Origin: Prorocentrum cordatum
Taxonomy: Eukaryota
NCBI GenBank assembly: GCA_963575745.1
Contig: CAUYUJ010000015.1
Location: 124,001 to 188,000, forward strand
Direction of reading: 5' to 3'
DNA: 64,000 nt
In this document: positions 49,915 to 62,311 of the stretch, one piece after another
How the letters are laid out: every line of letters begins with the position of its first letter
Numbering within the stretch: position 1 is the stretch's first letter
Translations under genes and position numbers: made by a program
The notes under the pieces: generated by a model
Database searches by the model: none
What the model saw: the letters and a program-made list of their open reading frames with translations, nothing else
What the model was told of the DNA's origin: nothing

Positions 49915-52900
49915 ATGTGTACTTGCCTCCTGCTGGAGGCGACCCTTGCCGTGCTTGCCATACTTCGCCCCCGCTTCCCGCTTCGACTAATCCTCATGTT
50001 CGCTTGTATACGTGGCCGTGCAGGTACTCTCCAGGGTGAATGCGATGAATGTCTCCGTGCTCGTATGGACGCGCGTCAGTCTCTTGCGGCACTGCCTGAA
50101 CCCCAGATCCTCCCCGCAGCGATGCAGGAACTTCGGGCGACGATGGGATGGTCCACCAAAATATCCATCTACAGCGACCTTCGGAGTCAGCAGCGACACG
50201 GTGATGTGACGGCTATGGTCTTGGCTTCAGGTTTTTGGCAGATTATCCTTTCGGCTCCATCCACTCGGTATATAGACTATATGCATCTTGTTCAGAAGGA
50301 GCTCATTGAGCTCCTCCCACGGCCAGGTGTAAGCCCATGCGTCTCGACAGTGGTCACAGCCCTCACGGTAACTCTTACATTGTGTCGTAGTCGAGCTCTT
50401 TTCACAGGTGGACGCAAGGCGCGTCAGCAGGCTCGCAAGTTGCTCCATAACCTTCCCCCACGTCCGATCTCAGCCTTTGATCGGAAAGGTGACGCCACTT
50501 TGCTGCATGTGTTGGAACTGTTCACCTCTGTCTATCTGCAGGCTAAGTGTATTTCAGATCCTACGCCGAGGTCCACGGGACACGACTCTGGTTCCCTCAG
50601 CTTTGTGTACCAACTTGGTTCCGACAGTCTCTATGTGGGTCAAGGTTCTATGGTGCGGCACTCTAGTGGGCACTATGGTGGAGTTGGGCGTTTCCGTGAG
50701 CACCTGAGAGGCCTCCGCTGTATCTCCAATAGGACCCCAACTAAGGAGCGCAGTCGGTACCTCTTGCTGGCCCCTGGGTGCTCCTCATGGCCCCTGGTGC
50801 TCTTTCTTGCGGTTGTACCCTCTTCCCAGGCCCACGCTCAGCAGAGTGCGTTTATTGCCTACTCGCGACCTGCCGCTAACAATCTGAGCAATCCCCATCT
50901 TGGGCGTCTGCGGGCCAGGTGCAGGGAGACCCCCAGAAGGCGCAGACACCGATCCAGTAGGCGTCAGGCTCTACCTCATTGTGAAGCTCAAACTGTGCTT
51001 AACCAATCTTGGTATGATCGACGAATGGCGTCTCTCTGCGCTAGATATATGGGCTTCTCTAGGTACCTCGCTGGCCGACATAGGTGACACAATTTTCTTC
51101 AACACAAATACGGCGATCTCTATGACCGCCTCCTCCAACAGTGGGCCCTGCAAGGTTTAGGTTACGGACCCCTCAACATCTTGGGAACGGGTCTGACGGT
51201 TCTTATGATGAAATGGATCTCTGTGCAGCCCCGCGCTATCCCTTGGGAGTACATCTGTCGGGGCCGACGGCATGGTTCCGACTTCCTGTATCATGCGTGG
51301 GAGTTCGCAACTCTGTATCCCCATTGGATGGATCGGATAAGGTTTCGATCGTCTCTGAAGGCCTACCTCAACAGTCTGCGACTGCCCGCCCCTGTGCCGA
51401 CGGTGATCAAAGTTTCTCACAGCTCGGAGGTGGCGGCCATGCGCGGCTGGCTGGCCAATGCGGTCCAGCAAGCCCGACCCACCAGGCCGGCTCGGGCCAC
51501 GTGGGCCGCCAAGTCAGTGCGGATTTTGGTCCAGGCGGCGCCGCGCATCCGAGGAGGTATGTGCGACATCGCTCGCACTGTTCGCACTTTGCAGTTTGAC
51601 CAGCTTGCCTCTCTCACTTTAGATGACTTCAATCGCGCCGCCAGAGGCGACGACATGGAACGAATCCCTGTGAACGGCCGTATTCCCCTTCTCACTCCAA
51701 CCTCCTCAAGCGCCCGCACGAAGGATACCCGAGCCTCCTGTAATCAATGGCTAGCCTCTCAAGGCCTGGATAGGACCCAGTATGCCCCATATCGACGGCC
51801 TCCTCCACGGCCCACCCCTGGAGGACCCCGAGAAGAAGGGCCCTGCCGACACCTGACAGCAGCACGAAGTAAGTTCGAGGAAAGGGCCTCTAAGGCTCGC
51901 CAGGCTTGCACGTTTACGGTGGAAGACAAATATCCGAACACTCTGTGGAAAGTCTCTGGGGTATATCATTTGGCTCGGTGGTTGGCTATGGTCTCTCGGG
52001 CTCCTACACGGTGGAGGGTAATCAATGCCCCTGCGAAGGCTGTGGTCTCTTGGCATCGTTTACTGTATGATTGCACCATTCCCAAGAGCATGCGATCACC
52101 TGGGGAGGGCCCTCTAAACCAATCCCATATCCCGTACATCTACCCGACGGTCAAGCTGAAGTGCTGGTGTCGTGATTTTGAGACCCACCCGACGGCCGAC
52201 ATCGTTGCTCCAAGCCACAGCGCAGCTGCTTTCGTAACATATGCAGCTTTGTGTGTTTACCATCCCGTGCGCTATACCGATCGATCAGCCGTGCCTTTAC
52301 TTGCCTCTCCCACCAGTTCAATCCAGGATGGTCCTTTTTCTCTCTCGACACGACTATGCCCAGTGTGCTGGACCAATACTGTCATCTGGTCTCGGCACCG
52401 ACAGTGGTTCCGCCTTTGTGCAGAGGCTGTTTGCAGCCAATGCGGCTCCCTGGCGTCCTGGTTGGGGGCGCAGGCCAGGCGTGTGAAGCGATCGGCGCGG
52501 CGCGAATCCTTGACTGCCTGGACAGACTGTTCTCAAAAGTTGAGGCCCATCGGTGCATCACTGTTCTCCGAACACAGCGCTCCCACGCTTACTTTGGAGG
52601 TCATATCAATCAACGCCTGTGGGACCGCACGGTCTGGGTGGTGCGCAGCCTTCGGAGAGCCTTGGAAGGATTCTTGGGTATGCGGCTATTCTTGGTAGGT
52701 GGGCTCGTGGTACAACAGCTCCAAGGGGTCCCCATAGGTGGCCCCCTCAGTGGCTCTATTCTGCACGCGGTCCTCTTCGACCTAGAGTATCAGGTGGACG
52801 CCCGCTGCCCTGGAAGGCGTAGTACAGTTCTCACTGGTAGGTATGTCGACGACATCCTACTACCTTCAGAGGTGTGCTGTGCCAAATGTTTGCGACGACT

Positions 52901-53630
52901 AGTCTACTCGGTCTATGGGTCAACGGTCTCATTTGACTTTACGGATCCCACCATTGTTGGTGACACTGTCATGGCCCCCTATCTCGAAACAGTCTTCTTC
53001 TTTACTATCCACAAGGTCTCCCATTGGGCCATACACAAGAATGAGGCGCATGCTATCTCGGGAGACAGCTCTAAGCTAGCCAAACAGTCACTACTGCCCT
53101 ATATGGGCTCTTTCCCACCTACTCTCCTAAAACAACATCGCGCTGAACTTCGTGGGCGCATCCGAAGGTGGGAGAACCTCCGAACATGTAACAATAACTG
53201 GCTTGTGTTGATTTGCTGTGATCTTCTGGTTATGTTCCGACTGGGCTATTCCTACCAACACATTCGACGGATCTGGAGAGGCCTTATTCCACCCTCTCCC
53301 CGACTGGAAATTGCGGAAAATGCGATCCGACTTGTGATGCTCACATGTAGTTCTCTCAGAGCCTCACCCAATACCCTTGCAGCCATTTTCTCTCAGAGCG
53401 TTACGACGGCAGCCCGTCCCCACCGAAGTCTGCGTCTTACCGACCCTGTGCGATGTTCTCGTCCTGGAAGAAGGGCGGTGGCAAAGGCCTTGGGCAGCAG
53501 GGCCGCCAAGGAGGCCCCTACGCGCCCCGCTACAACCAGCAATGGTCACGTGGTGGGGCTGGTCCCAACAACTACGCCTCCTTTGGAGGCAGCAGCGGCG
53601 GTGGCTTCAGCAGCATGCTCGGCCAGATGA
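49915..53630 (+). pseudogene. GIY-YIG endonuclease plus reverse transcriptase polyprotein (one in-frame TGA, one frameshift; start uncertain)
   Basis: FVYQL..LYVGQG..RFREH..AFIAYSRPAANN; same frame continues past TGA 51085-51087; YPTVKLKC, shift ~52170-52195, CSKPQRSCFRNICS; QGVPIGGPLSG; GRYVDDILL. Confidence 0.85.
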
Positions 53631-54632
53631 CCTCCGTCATGGACAACATCGCAGCCCTCGGGGAGCTCGCGCGTGTGGGCAATGCGCTGGCCCAGTCTCA
53701 GCAGCAACCGACTGTGCCGACCCCAGGGACTTCGGGCGTGACTTCCCAACCACCACCAGCTGTTCCCATGCAGACTGTTGGCGTCTCTACGACTTCGGAA
53801 CCGGCCAGTGAGCTTGTCGGTGCGCTCACGGATGTACTCCGATCCAGTGTTCCAGGAGACGCCCGACTGCAGCATACGGTGGACCGTTTACACCGCCTGG
53901 TTGGCTCCACCCCTGGGTCAGGCACTTCGACTACCCCTACGGCGACAGGCTCAACGGCGGCACAGGCCGACACCTCCATAGCCAACCATCCCGTCATCCA
54001 GCAGCTCCAGAGCAACATGGCGACCTTGCAGACCACCGTCGAGTCTCATGGCCAGCAGATCGGCAGCATCAACAACACCCTTGCCAATGCAGCGGAGGAC
54101 TCAAGGGCGACTCGCCAGATGTTGGAACGGATGCTCGGCATGCCTCAGCCCACACCCCAGGCAGGACCACCTTCCACCCCGCCCAGAGCTGGCCCGCAAC
54201 CATCGACTCCAGCGGCGACCACACCGACCACACCGACACCTGCAGCTGGGAGCCCCATTCTGCCAACGTCTGGCGGTGGTGGTGCGGCTCCTGGCCCATC
54301 AACCCTATTCAAGACCCAGATGACCACTGCGGACCATGATCATGCGTTGAGTATCTTGGGCATCAGCGGTGGGCGCCAGAACATGGTTCAGCTTTCCCAG
54401 GAGATTGCGTCTGCCGAGGGCGCCTTGTTGCCTTATCAGCGAATGGTGGTTTCAGATTCAGCGGTGCAAGGAACTATCACAGTGGCAGACAAAGCTTCAG
54501 AGGTTGGGAATGCCAGCTACCGACACCCACTTAACGAGCAGTTTCACGAAAGTTGGACAGATCATGTATGCCCGACTGCTGCGTGACGGAACATGGAGTG
54601 CCACGGATCTCCAGAACATTGTCATCGGCTGA
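53453..54632 (+). CDS. Accessory ORF inside the PLE: G/Q/N-rich N-terminus, coiled-coil, P/T linker, helical C-terminus (probable frameshift ~54430)
   Basis: 377-codon open frame from ATG 53453; heptad-like IQQLQSNMATLQTTVESHGQQIGSINNTLAN; alternative frame gives ISEWWFQIQRCKELSQWQTKLQRLG to 54632. Confidence 0.6.
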
Positions 54633-55338
54633 ATAACAGATCATCCAGCTGCTTCGTGGTTGGTGGCTGCAGATCCCACAGAACACATCTGGCCACTGTT
54701 TCGTTTCCTCTTAATTCTCATCCCGATAATCGTGGCTGTATGGACGGCGTATCAGACTTGTATCTTCGTTGGTTTGCTCGGGTCTCAGCCGAGAGTATGC
54801 TCACCTTTGCGAGCCAAAGGACAGTGGCTATACTCCCCTTGGTTGGCAGTCGTCTCTTGCTCCGACTGGTCTTCCCTGAGGTTGGTGGGTGGTCCCAGAC
54901 TGCCGCCAAATTGTTCAGAGGCCGTCCTCTCAACACGTTTGCCTCTTCCTCATCGATAATGGCGGATGCACAACCCACGGTGGGAGAAACGTGGGCGTGG
55001 TTTGCTGCAGTAGCCCAACCCATTCTGATCGGAGTCTGTGCCTGGTTAGGCCACTAGTGATAATGATGGTGATCTCAGTGCTTGCTACAATTAACTGCAT
55101 CCGTGATGGCTTGAAATAGCTCTTGAGCCTGATGCAGCGGTTTCTTTAGCATCCCACCCCTTATCACTTTGGTCGGGATGTGTGTGTGCGTGTGCCTTTT
55201 CATTCATGTCAATGACCTCTGACGCAATTCTCAGCACACACACAATTCTTTGCAGGTTAGAGATTTCTCTTCGGACAGTAGCTCGGAACCTGTATGCTCT
55301 GCTTCTTTTGGTATAATGTCTCGGGCTGTCTGCGTTGG

Positions 55339-55825
55339 TAATCCGCGCGTCGCCGTTTCCGGTACTCTTGGGATCCTGCTGGTGTGCCAGCGCAGGTTCT
55401 CTGTCTTCCTCTTCTTCTCTCTCCTGCTTGTTCTCTTCTTCGCCTTCGTCCTCCTGCCTCTTGGCCGTGGCCCTGCTCGCTCCCCCCGCGCCCGTGCCTC
55501 CTGCTCGAGATCCTACCAGATAGCTGCCGTCTGGGCATCGCTGTGGCAGCCTTTATGTTCAAGGCCTCCGAGCGGGGGGGGTTAGGAGCTCGCTCAAGGC
55601 CTACGGGCCGCAAGTACGCGTTGGCTCCGCGCTCGATTGTGCCTGTGCCAAGATACGGAAATATTCACGTGCATCCTCTCTCTCATTTGTTGCTTCTTTG
55701 TTTGATTGCTCACGCCTTTCGGCGATTGAGGCTTCGCCTCCCCTGGCACTCAACGGTGGCGACTTTTCGGGGGGCTGGTCTACGGGAGCTTGGTTATCTT
55801 GCTAACAACGACTCATCCAAGTGTG
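55339..55825 (+). repeat. 3' pseudo-LTR direct repeat
   Basis: Second copy of 49063-49549. Confidence 0.95.
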
Positions 55826-56340
55826 TGTGTGTGTGTGTTTGTGCGTGCCTGTGTGTGCGTATGTGCGTGTGTGCGTCTGCGCGTCTGTGCTTGTGTGCGT
55901 GCGGTTGGGTGGGTGGGTGGGTAGGTGGGTGGCTTGGTGCGCCCCTGTCACGCAGTCGCTCAATCCGCTAGCTCTTCGTTGCAAGGCCGGTGGCGATGCA
56001 TTGTTGTGCAGTTTCACTGCGTGTATGCACGGCCACCAGGTTGGCTGGCTCGTCAGCCTTATAGGTGTTCCTCCTTGTTGCTGTTTCTCTGGGGCCTCAA
56101 TTAGCAACAGGCTGCTGCTTGCGCTTCAAAATACCCGTGTCGAGCTTATATTTATCGGTGTTGTTTGGTCGCTGCACTTTGGCACTGCAGCGCCTCCCGT
56201 CTCTCGCCACCAATCTGCATGGCCGTTCGTGGGCTCTTTCATCATGGCGCGGTTGCCTAAGTTCGTTCGCAATTGGCACCTCCACCTGCCGACCGCGCCT
56301 GGGGTCCGTCTGCCCCTCTGGCTCTGGCTTAAATGGCATG

Positions 56341-56633
56341 GGCGCGTGCGTGCATGCGTGCGTGCGCGCGTGCGCGCGTGCGCGCGTGTGTGTGTGTGCG
56401 TGTGTGCGCGTGTGCGTGTGTGCGCATGTACGTGTGTACGTATGTACGCGTGTGCGTGTGTGTGCATCCGTGCGTGCGTGCGGGCCTGCGTGCGTGTGCG
56501 TTTGCGTGTGCGTGCGTGCGTGTGTATGTGTGTGTGAGAGTGCGTGTTTGCGTGAATGTGCGGATTTGTGAGTGCGTGTGTGTGTGTGGGCGTGTGTGTG
56601 TGTGTGTGTGCGTGTGTGTGTGTGTGTCTGTGC

Positions 56634-56698
<65 letters not shown>

Positions 56699-56897
56699 CG
56701 TGCGTGCGTGTGTGTGTGTGTGTGTGTGCGTGTGTGTGTGTGTGTGTGTGCGTGTGTGTGTGTGTGTGTCTGTGTGCGCGTGTGTGTGTAAATGTGCGTG
56801 TTTGTGTGAGTGTGCGTGTGTGTGTGTTGTGTGTTTGTTGTGTGTGTGTTGTGTGTGCGCGTGTGCGTGTGCGTGAGAGAGAGAGAGAGAGTGAGAG
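56341..56897. repeat. (GT)n/(GCGT)n microsatellite ending in (GA)n
   Basis: Directly visible. Confidence 0.95.
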
Positions 56898-57568
56898 TTG
56901 GAAGGGGGCGTGCGTCCTGGGGTTGCTCTGCGGTCATGCTGAAGCCACGTCGAGACCACGCGTGGATCACATGGCCCTCGCGTGGTCGCCATGAAACAAT
57001 ACTGGATCGCCTTGAGGTCAGATCGGAAGAATACTCGGGCCGTGGAGTCGCCTTGGCATCGGTTGGGGTCGTTTGGACGCTTCGCGCGATTGCAAGGATT
57101 TGTTGCTGTTGCGACCGAGTGTCCTCCCCCTTCTGCCAGACCCGAGATGCTCGCCCATTTTAGGTACACGTGCTCACCCATTTTAGGCACACATGTGTTA
57201 TGGATTGCAGGCGTTGGACCGTTATGAGAGGAGGAGAAAGATGCAGACAAAGTTGGAGAAAAAGGAGGAGGAGAAGAAGGAGGGGGAGGAGGGAGACAGA
57301 GGAGGAGAAGCAGGGGGAGGAGGATGACAATGTTCGACGAACCTTCATGCCGTCAGCGCCGCAGTGCCACAGGGGGATGACATGTTCCTCCTTCCATCCC
57401 TCGTGCCCTTCTGACTGTCCCGCGTGATCCTCTGTACCTCGGTCTCCCTTCTCTTTCCTTCTTTGTCCTCTCCCCGCATTCCCCTCCCTCTTCCCGTTTT
57501 CCTCCACTCCACTCCTCGTGCCCCCCCTCTCTCTCCCACTCTGTCTGCCAGCGCCTGTTCCCTGCAAG

Positions 57569-57784
57569 GATGGCATCGGTGTCGGCGAGAACATCAGGGT
57601 GACGGCCGACGAGCAGAAGTTGAGGCGCGCCTTCTTCCAGTCGCCCTTCCAATGGCATGATGGCATGCGGCGCACACTCGGCACATTGCAGAAGGTGCTG
57701 CGGATGGACGAGACGGGCCACTTCGTCTGCCTCAGCTGTCCCGCCAGCTGCGGCGAGATGCGATCCTTGCGGCACTCTCAGGAG
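57569..57784 (+). CDS. Host exon encoding a Mind-bomb SH3-repeat-like domain (part of a multi-exon gene)
   Basis: Pyrimidine tract and ctgcaag|gat acceptor; VGENIRVTADEQKLRRAF..WHDGMRRTLGTLQKVL matches the GDxVRVxxD..W..M...LG..V pattern. Confidence 0.55.
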
Positions 57785-59022
57785 GCCCTGGTCCATCGAC
57801 CTAGGCAGGACTGGGCCATCGATCCTGCGAGCTCCGTCGATCGGCCAGGGGCCGGGGCGGTCGTTGGGGCCCTCGGTCCGCATGGTAGGCCGCGCTTTGG
57901 GATGAATCTGGCCAGCTGGATCGGGGTCAGGATCGGGCGGTGGATCAGTGTGGGTCGGAGGGGGTGTTTCCAAGGTGGTACTACCCCACCAGCTGCGTCC
58001 AGGCTGCGGCTTTCAAAGGGCCCGCTGTCTCCGCGAAGGGCGGACGCATCAGTCAGCGTCCCCGCTCGCCGTGTCGATGCCCCCTCGATCCTCCTCGACC
58101 GCCCTCCTCGATCACCCTCGGTCCTCCTCGACCACCCTCCTCGATCCCCCCACGCCCCCCCCCCCCTCGATACCCCGTCGATGCTCCTCGGCCGCCCTCC
58201 TCCTCGACCACCCCCTTCCCCTCTGGTGGTGTCGCCGTGCGCGAGGCCCGTGCTCCCTCGTCGCTCTCCTGGGAGAAGCAGGAGGAGGAGTAGGAGGAGG
58301 CGGACGAGGAGGAGTAGGAGGAGGAGGAGGAGGAGGAGGAAAAGGAGGAGGAGGAGGACGAGGAGGAGTAGGAGGAGGAGGAGAAGGAGGAGAAGGAGGA
58401 GGAGGAGGAGGAGAAGGAAGAGGAGGAGGAGGAGGAGGAGGAGGAGGAGGAGGAGAAGGGGGAGAGAGAGAGAGAGAGAGAGAGAGAAAAAAAAAAGGGG
58501 GAAGGAAGAAAGGAGGTGGTGGTGGGTGAGGCCTCCCCTGCGCGCGGGGGAGGCCGCCCGGGGGGCCCCGCCGAGTGCCCTCGAGGCCGACCCCCCTCGA
58601 GGCCGACCCCGCTCCTCCGCGCCTGGACCGCCGTCGCCTCGGGGCGCCTCGCGCCGAAGGCCCTTCTCCCGTCTTCGGCCCTGGGAGCGAGGAGGAGGAG
58701 GAGCGAGGAGGAGGAGGAGGAACGAGGAGGAGGAGGAGGAGGAGGAGGAGGAGCGAGGAGGCGGAGGAGGAGGAGGAGGAGGCGGAGGAGGCGGAGGAGG
58801 AGGAGGAGGAGGAGGAGGAGGAGCCCGTCCCCAGGTCCGGGAGCCCCCGAGGAGCGGCCCGGGGCGGAGGCCCGGTCCGGGGGAAGGGGCCCAGGGGTTC
58901 CAGGGCCCCAGCGGCTCGAAGAAGCCGTGTCGTCGCAGATTTGGGCGCGGGGCCCACACCTGGCAGTGCCCTCCCAGCGATGCGGCCCCGGCGTCCGCAG
59001 TCCGAGCCACGGCGGCGGTCCC

Positions 59023-59814
59023 TGAAGGGGAACTGGGACACACAAATACATAGAGTCACTGGTGACCAGATTCCCCATCTTTTCCTATATTTTCAGGGTT
59101 TCTGTCTTCTCCCTTACTTACTTCCCATATCTCCCCACATTTTCTGGGGAATCGGCGATTCATTGTGTCTGTGTGTTTTTCCCCCTCCTGAGTCCCGTCA
59201 GGCAGCGGGCGATCTGCTGGAGGCCCCGGACGCGGCGGCGCCTGCGACGCCGGTGCCGCGGGAAGAGTCGCGCGAGGCACGGGCTGCTCGACTCCGCCCC
59301 TGTCTCGTCGTTGCTGGCGTGTCCCAATCCCCCCCTTTCGTCCGCCCCGGAGATCCCCTTGGCCGGCGAGCGGCCGACGACGCCCGAGGGGGGCGCCTCG
59401 GGGCCGACCTCGAGGCCCTCGCCGCGCTCGAGGCGGGAGGCGGCCATGGCCATGTCGGACAGGGTCACCTCGCCGCGCGGCCGCCGGGACCGGACCTCGG
59501 GCGGCCCAGCTCTGCGGTGCCCACCTGAAGTTGTCTTCGGGGCAGGGCGCTCGGGCTGCGCCGATCGTGCAGTGGTCCCAGTGCGGCTTCCAGTGCGGCT
59601 GGCCCCGTCTGTAGCCCTCGCTCGTCCGTGGCTATCCGGCTCGAGCCTTTTTCGGGAGGACGAAGAGCACACGGACACAATTCATCGTCGAGTCCCAGGA
59701 AAATACGCGAAAATAGGGGAAGTGGGGGGGAAGACGGAAATCCCCAAAGCATAGAAAAATACAGGGAATCCTGCTATTTGTGTCTATTGTTTTGCGTGTC
59801 CCTGGGCCCCTTCA
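59023..59814. repeat. Imperfect ~165-bp inverted repeat pair (59023-59191 / 59652-59814) around a GC-rich coding-like core
   Basis: tgaagggg..gggacac...gattccc...cgat..attgtgtc.gtgtg matches its reverse complement at 59652-59814. Confidence 0.75.
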
Positions 59815-60700
59815 CTTTTGGGGCTCACGATTTTTCGAGACGCTGGACGGCTGTCCCTGCCGCCAGGACCGCAATTGGCTTGGCCACTGCACACGCAATC
59901 CTCTGGCCGCTGGCTACGGCGTCGTGGTTCGGGGTGGGGTGACGTTCGGAGGAGGCTCCTGCCTTGACGTTGCGAGTCTCCGACATCAGGTCACCATCGC
60001 TGCAAGTCTCTGATATGAGCGACGGCATGCCAGGCGTCCTTCGACTCCAGACTTGCTTTACTCCAAAATTCGTTTTCCCGCCGAATTTGCAAGAAACGCG
60101 TAGAATGTTCGTAGATCTACGAGACATTATGCGCATTTGTTGGTAGATTCGGCTGGGAATCAAATCAATTCTGTAGTCGACCCCCTACTCGAGTCCTCGG
60201 GGGTGTGCCAGAAAAGTTGAGCCCCGCGAGGGTCCAGACCAAGGTCTAGGTCTAGACGGAAGAACCCCTAACCATAATAACACGATGAAGATTTGACCGT
60301 ACTTGGGTCCCCACCTTCGCATCAGGGATCATAAATCTGGGTTGGTTGGCCTGATACATCTGCAGAAAAAAAGACCCCCTGTCCCTAATGTTCCTGATCC
60401 TCCTAACTTAGGTCTTCAGGTTTGTATTTATGCAGAATCATGAGGGATGTGCCGAGGTGGACAGGGTCCCACATGCATACCCGCCCGCTGGGGCAGCAGC
60501 ACGCAGCAGGCAGCACAGCAGCAGCGGATGGCTGGGGAGGCAGGAAGAAAGAGACGCGCGGTTCAGCAGAGAAAGACGAGGTTTTTCTTCGGCGTGTGCA
60601 GTTTTCCTTCGGCGAGGGCCATCGAGGAGCGTCCTTGATCGTTTGGCAAAAAACCACGCACGAAACCGAAAAAAAAACACAGGAAATGGACGTCCGAGCG

Positions 60701-61655
60701 ATGCCGAGCAGGAGTGCTATAAAAAAGTCTGAGGCCCCCGCAAGCGCGAGTCCCCCGGGCACGACTCGCAAGGCTTGCCGGCTCTCCCTGCCTTCACCCA
60801 GCTTGCTTCTTCTGTCCGGCTCCCTCGTGGTGCCAGCCTTGAGCGAGGGCTTGCCAGCTTGCAGAGCAGCTTCGGATTGCCACTGCGCAGCGCCGTCTTT
60901 GCGGGAAAGCTCGCTTGCCCTTCCGGAGCAAGGCGCCCCTGGCGCGTGACAGTGGCGCACATGGCGGGGAGCACCGCGCTAACGTTCGCACCAGGGGCCA
61001 CGCTCCCGGGAGTCCCGCAGCCGTCCTGGCGCAAGACACTTCGGCCTCACAGCAGATTCTTGAGGGGGGTACAGTCAAGTCGCTGGACTCAGGAACAGTT
61101 TGGGTTCGGAAGGGGCTCGAGGTTCCTTAGGCCCCTCCATGGCTGTTCCTCAAGCCCCCCTCGTGTACGCAGGCGCTTTTGGGGCCAAAAAAGGGCCTCG
61201 TTCCTTATTTAGCTTTCCTTATTTCAGCGGCCCGACTGTAGTGTGGGTCGTGGCGGGCGATGTGCGGGTTGCTCAGGTTTTTGATGGCGTTCGCATTGAT
61301 TCGGCGCCTGAACTCGGCAGGCGACGTCGCAAGGTGCGAGATCGAGACATGCAGCGGCTGACGATTGAACAAGCTGGCTGAAGTGAAGAGGTTCGTAAAA
61401 GAGGAGGAGCACTGGGGCTCCTACGAGGGCCTCACGATCAACTATGTTCCGGGCAGGGATCCGAGACTGATTTGCTTCGACGCGGACGGCGAGCAGGTCT
61501 ACAGGGAGAAGATAACGCATTTAGACACGGAAGGGATACACGAGCTTGTGGCCGAGAAGGGTCTGAAGAGGAAACCCGAGGCGATCCCGTCCCCGTCCGT
61601 CCATGCCGAGGCCGCGGAGGCGACGGCCGCGCGGCCCGAGGCCGACGAGCTGTAG
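60701..61655 (+). CDS. SELENOM: Selenoprotein M (SelM/Sep15 family); confident exon 61321-61655, proposed first exon 60701-60848
   Basis: DVARCEIETCSG-TGA(61359-61361)-RLNKLAEVKRFV...YVPGRDPRLICFD...IHELVAEKGLKRK...ADEL* follows the SelM CxxU pattern. A phase-compatible GC-AG intron 60849-61320 would add hydrophobic LLLLSGSLVVPALSE. Confidence 0.88.
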
Positions 61656-62311
61656 CGGCCGTCCGATCCGGCGGCCTGTCCCGACCGGTGCTCTGCCCAG
61701 CATCTCACACACTGCTCCTGAGGGGCAACGACAGGGGCGGGAATAGGCATAGGGGGGGAAGCATCGACCTGGAATCGGCAACACATCGCCGATAGATCGG
61801 CGATGGGCCCCCGATAGTGAGTCCGCGCGTTCCTCCGGGCAGGTCGGGGCTATCGGGCCACTAGCGGCGATCAGTGGGCGATTGGGGGTCGATGCGTCCC
61901 ACCCTAAGCCTGTCCCCCCCCTCTCGTTGCCCCTCGCCTCCTGGCGTGCGGTTGGCTCGAGCTGCCTCGACGCGGCGGCGGCGGCGGCACTCCAGGGTCC
62001 GCAGAAGGCAGCCCGTGGCGCGAAGCGCATGCGAGAGATGGGGTTGGGCCTCTCTGGGGCCTTCCAGAGCGGAGGTCGCTCAAGACCGAATGGTCAGCAC
62101 GGTGTCAGAGACCAGAGCCCACGGCGTCAAGGCAAGAGCTTGCCGTGCCCAAACCTGTCTCCTCCCTGGGTCTTTCACGCCTGGTTCGGACTGTGCTGGC
62201 GCCCTTTTCCCATATCGGTGGCACTTTCGATGTGCACCGCACCGGTCCTCCTCCTCCTCGTCCTCTCCTCCTCCTCCTCCTCATCCTCCTCCTCCTCCTC
62301 CTCCTCCTCCT

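Larger units (their letters stand above)
49063..55825 (+). mobile_element. Penelope-like retroelement with N-terminal GIY-YIG (Naiad/Chlamys-type domain order), pseudo-LTRs and extra ORFs
   Basis: 487-bp direct repeats at both ends; GIY-YIG upstream of a PLE-type RT; 3' end runs into (GT)n. Confidence 0.85.

Noticed and set aside
55212..55265. SECIS for the PLE TGA (ATGA-cctctgacgc-AA...gttagagat)
   Set aside because: A stem can form, but the 3' GA is out of register with the 5' UGA quartet; not accepted without a covariance search.
49063..55825. LTR retrotransposon
   Set aside because: Repeats lack TG..CA ends; no protease, integrase or PBS; RT and GIY-YIG are Penelope-like.
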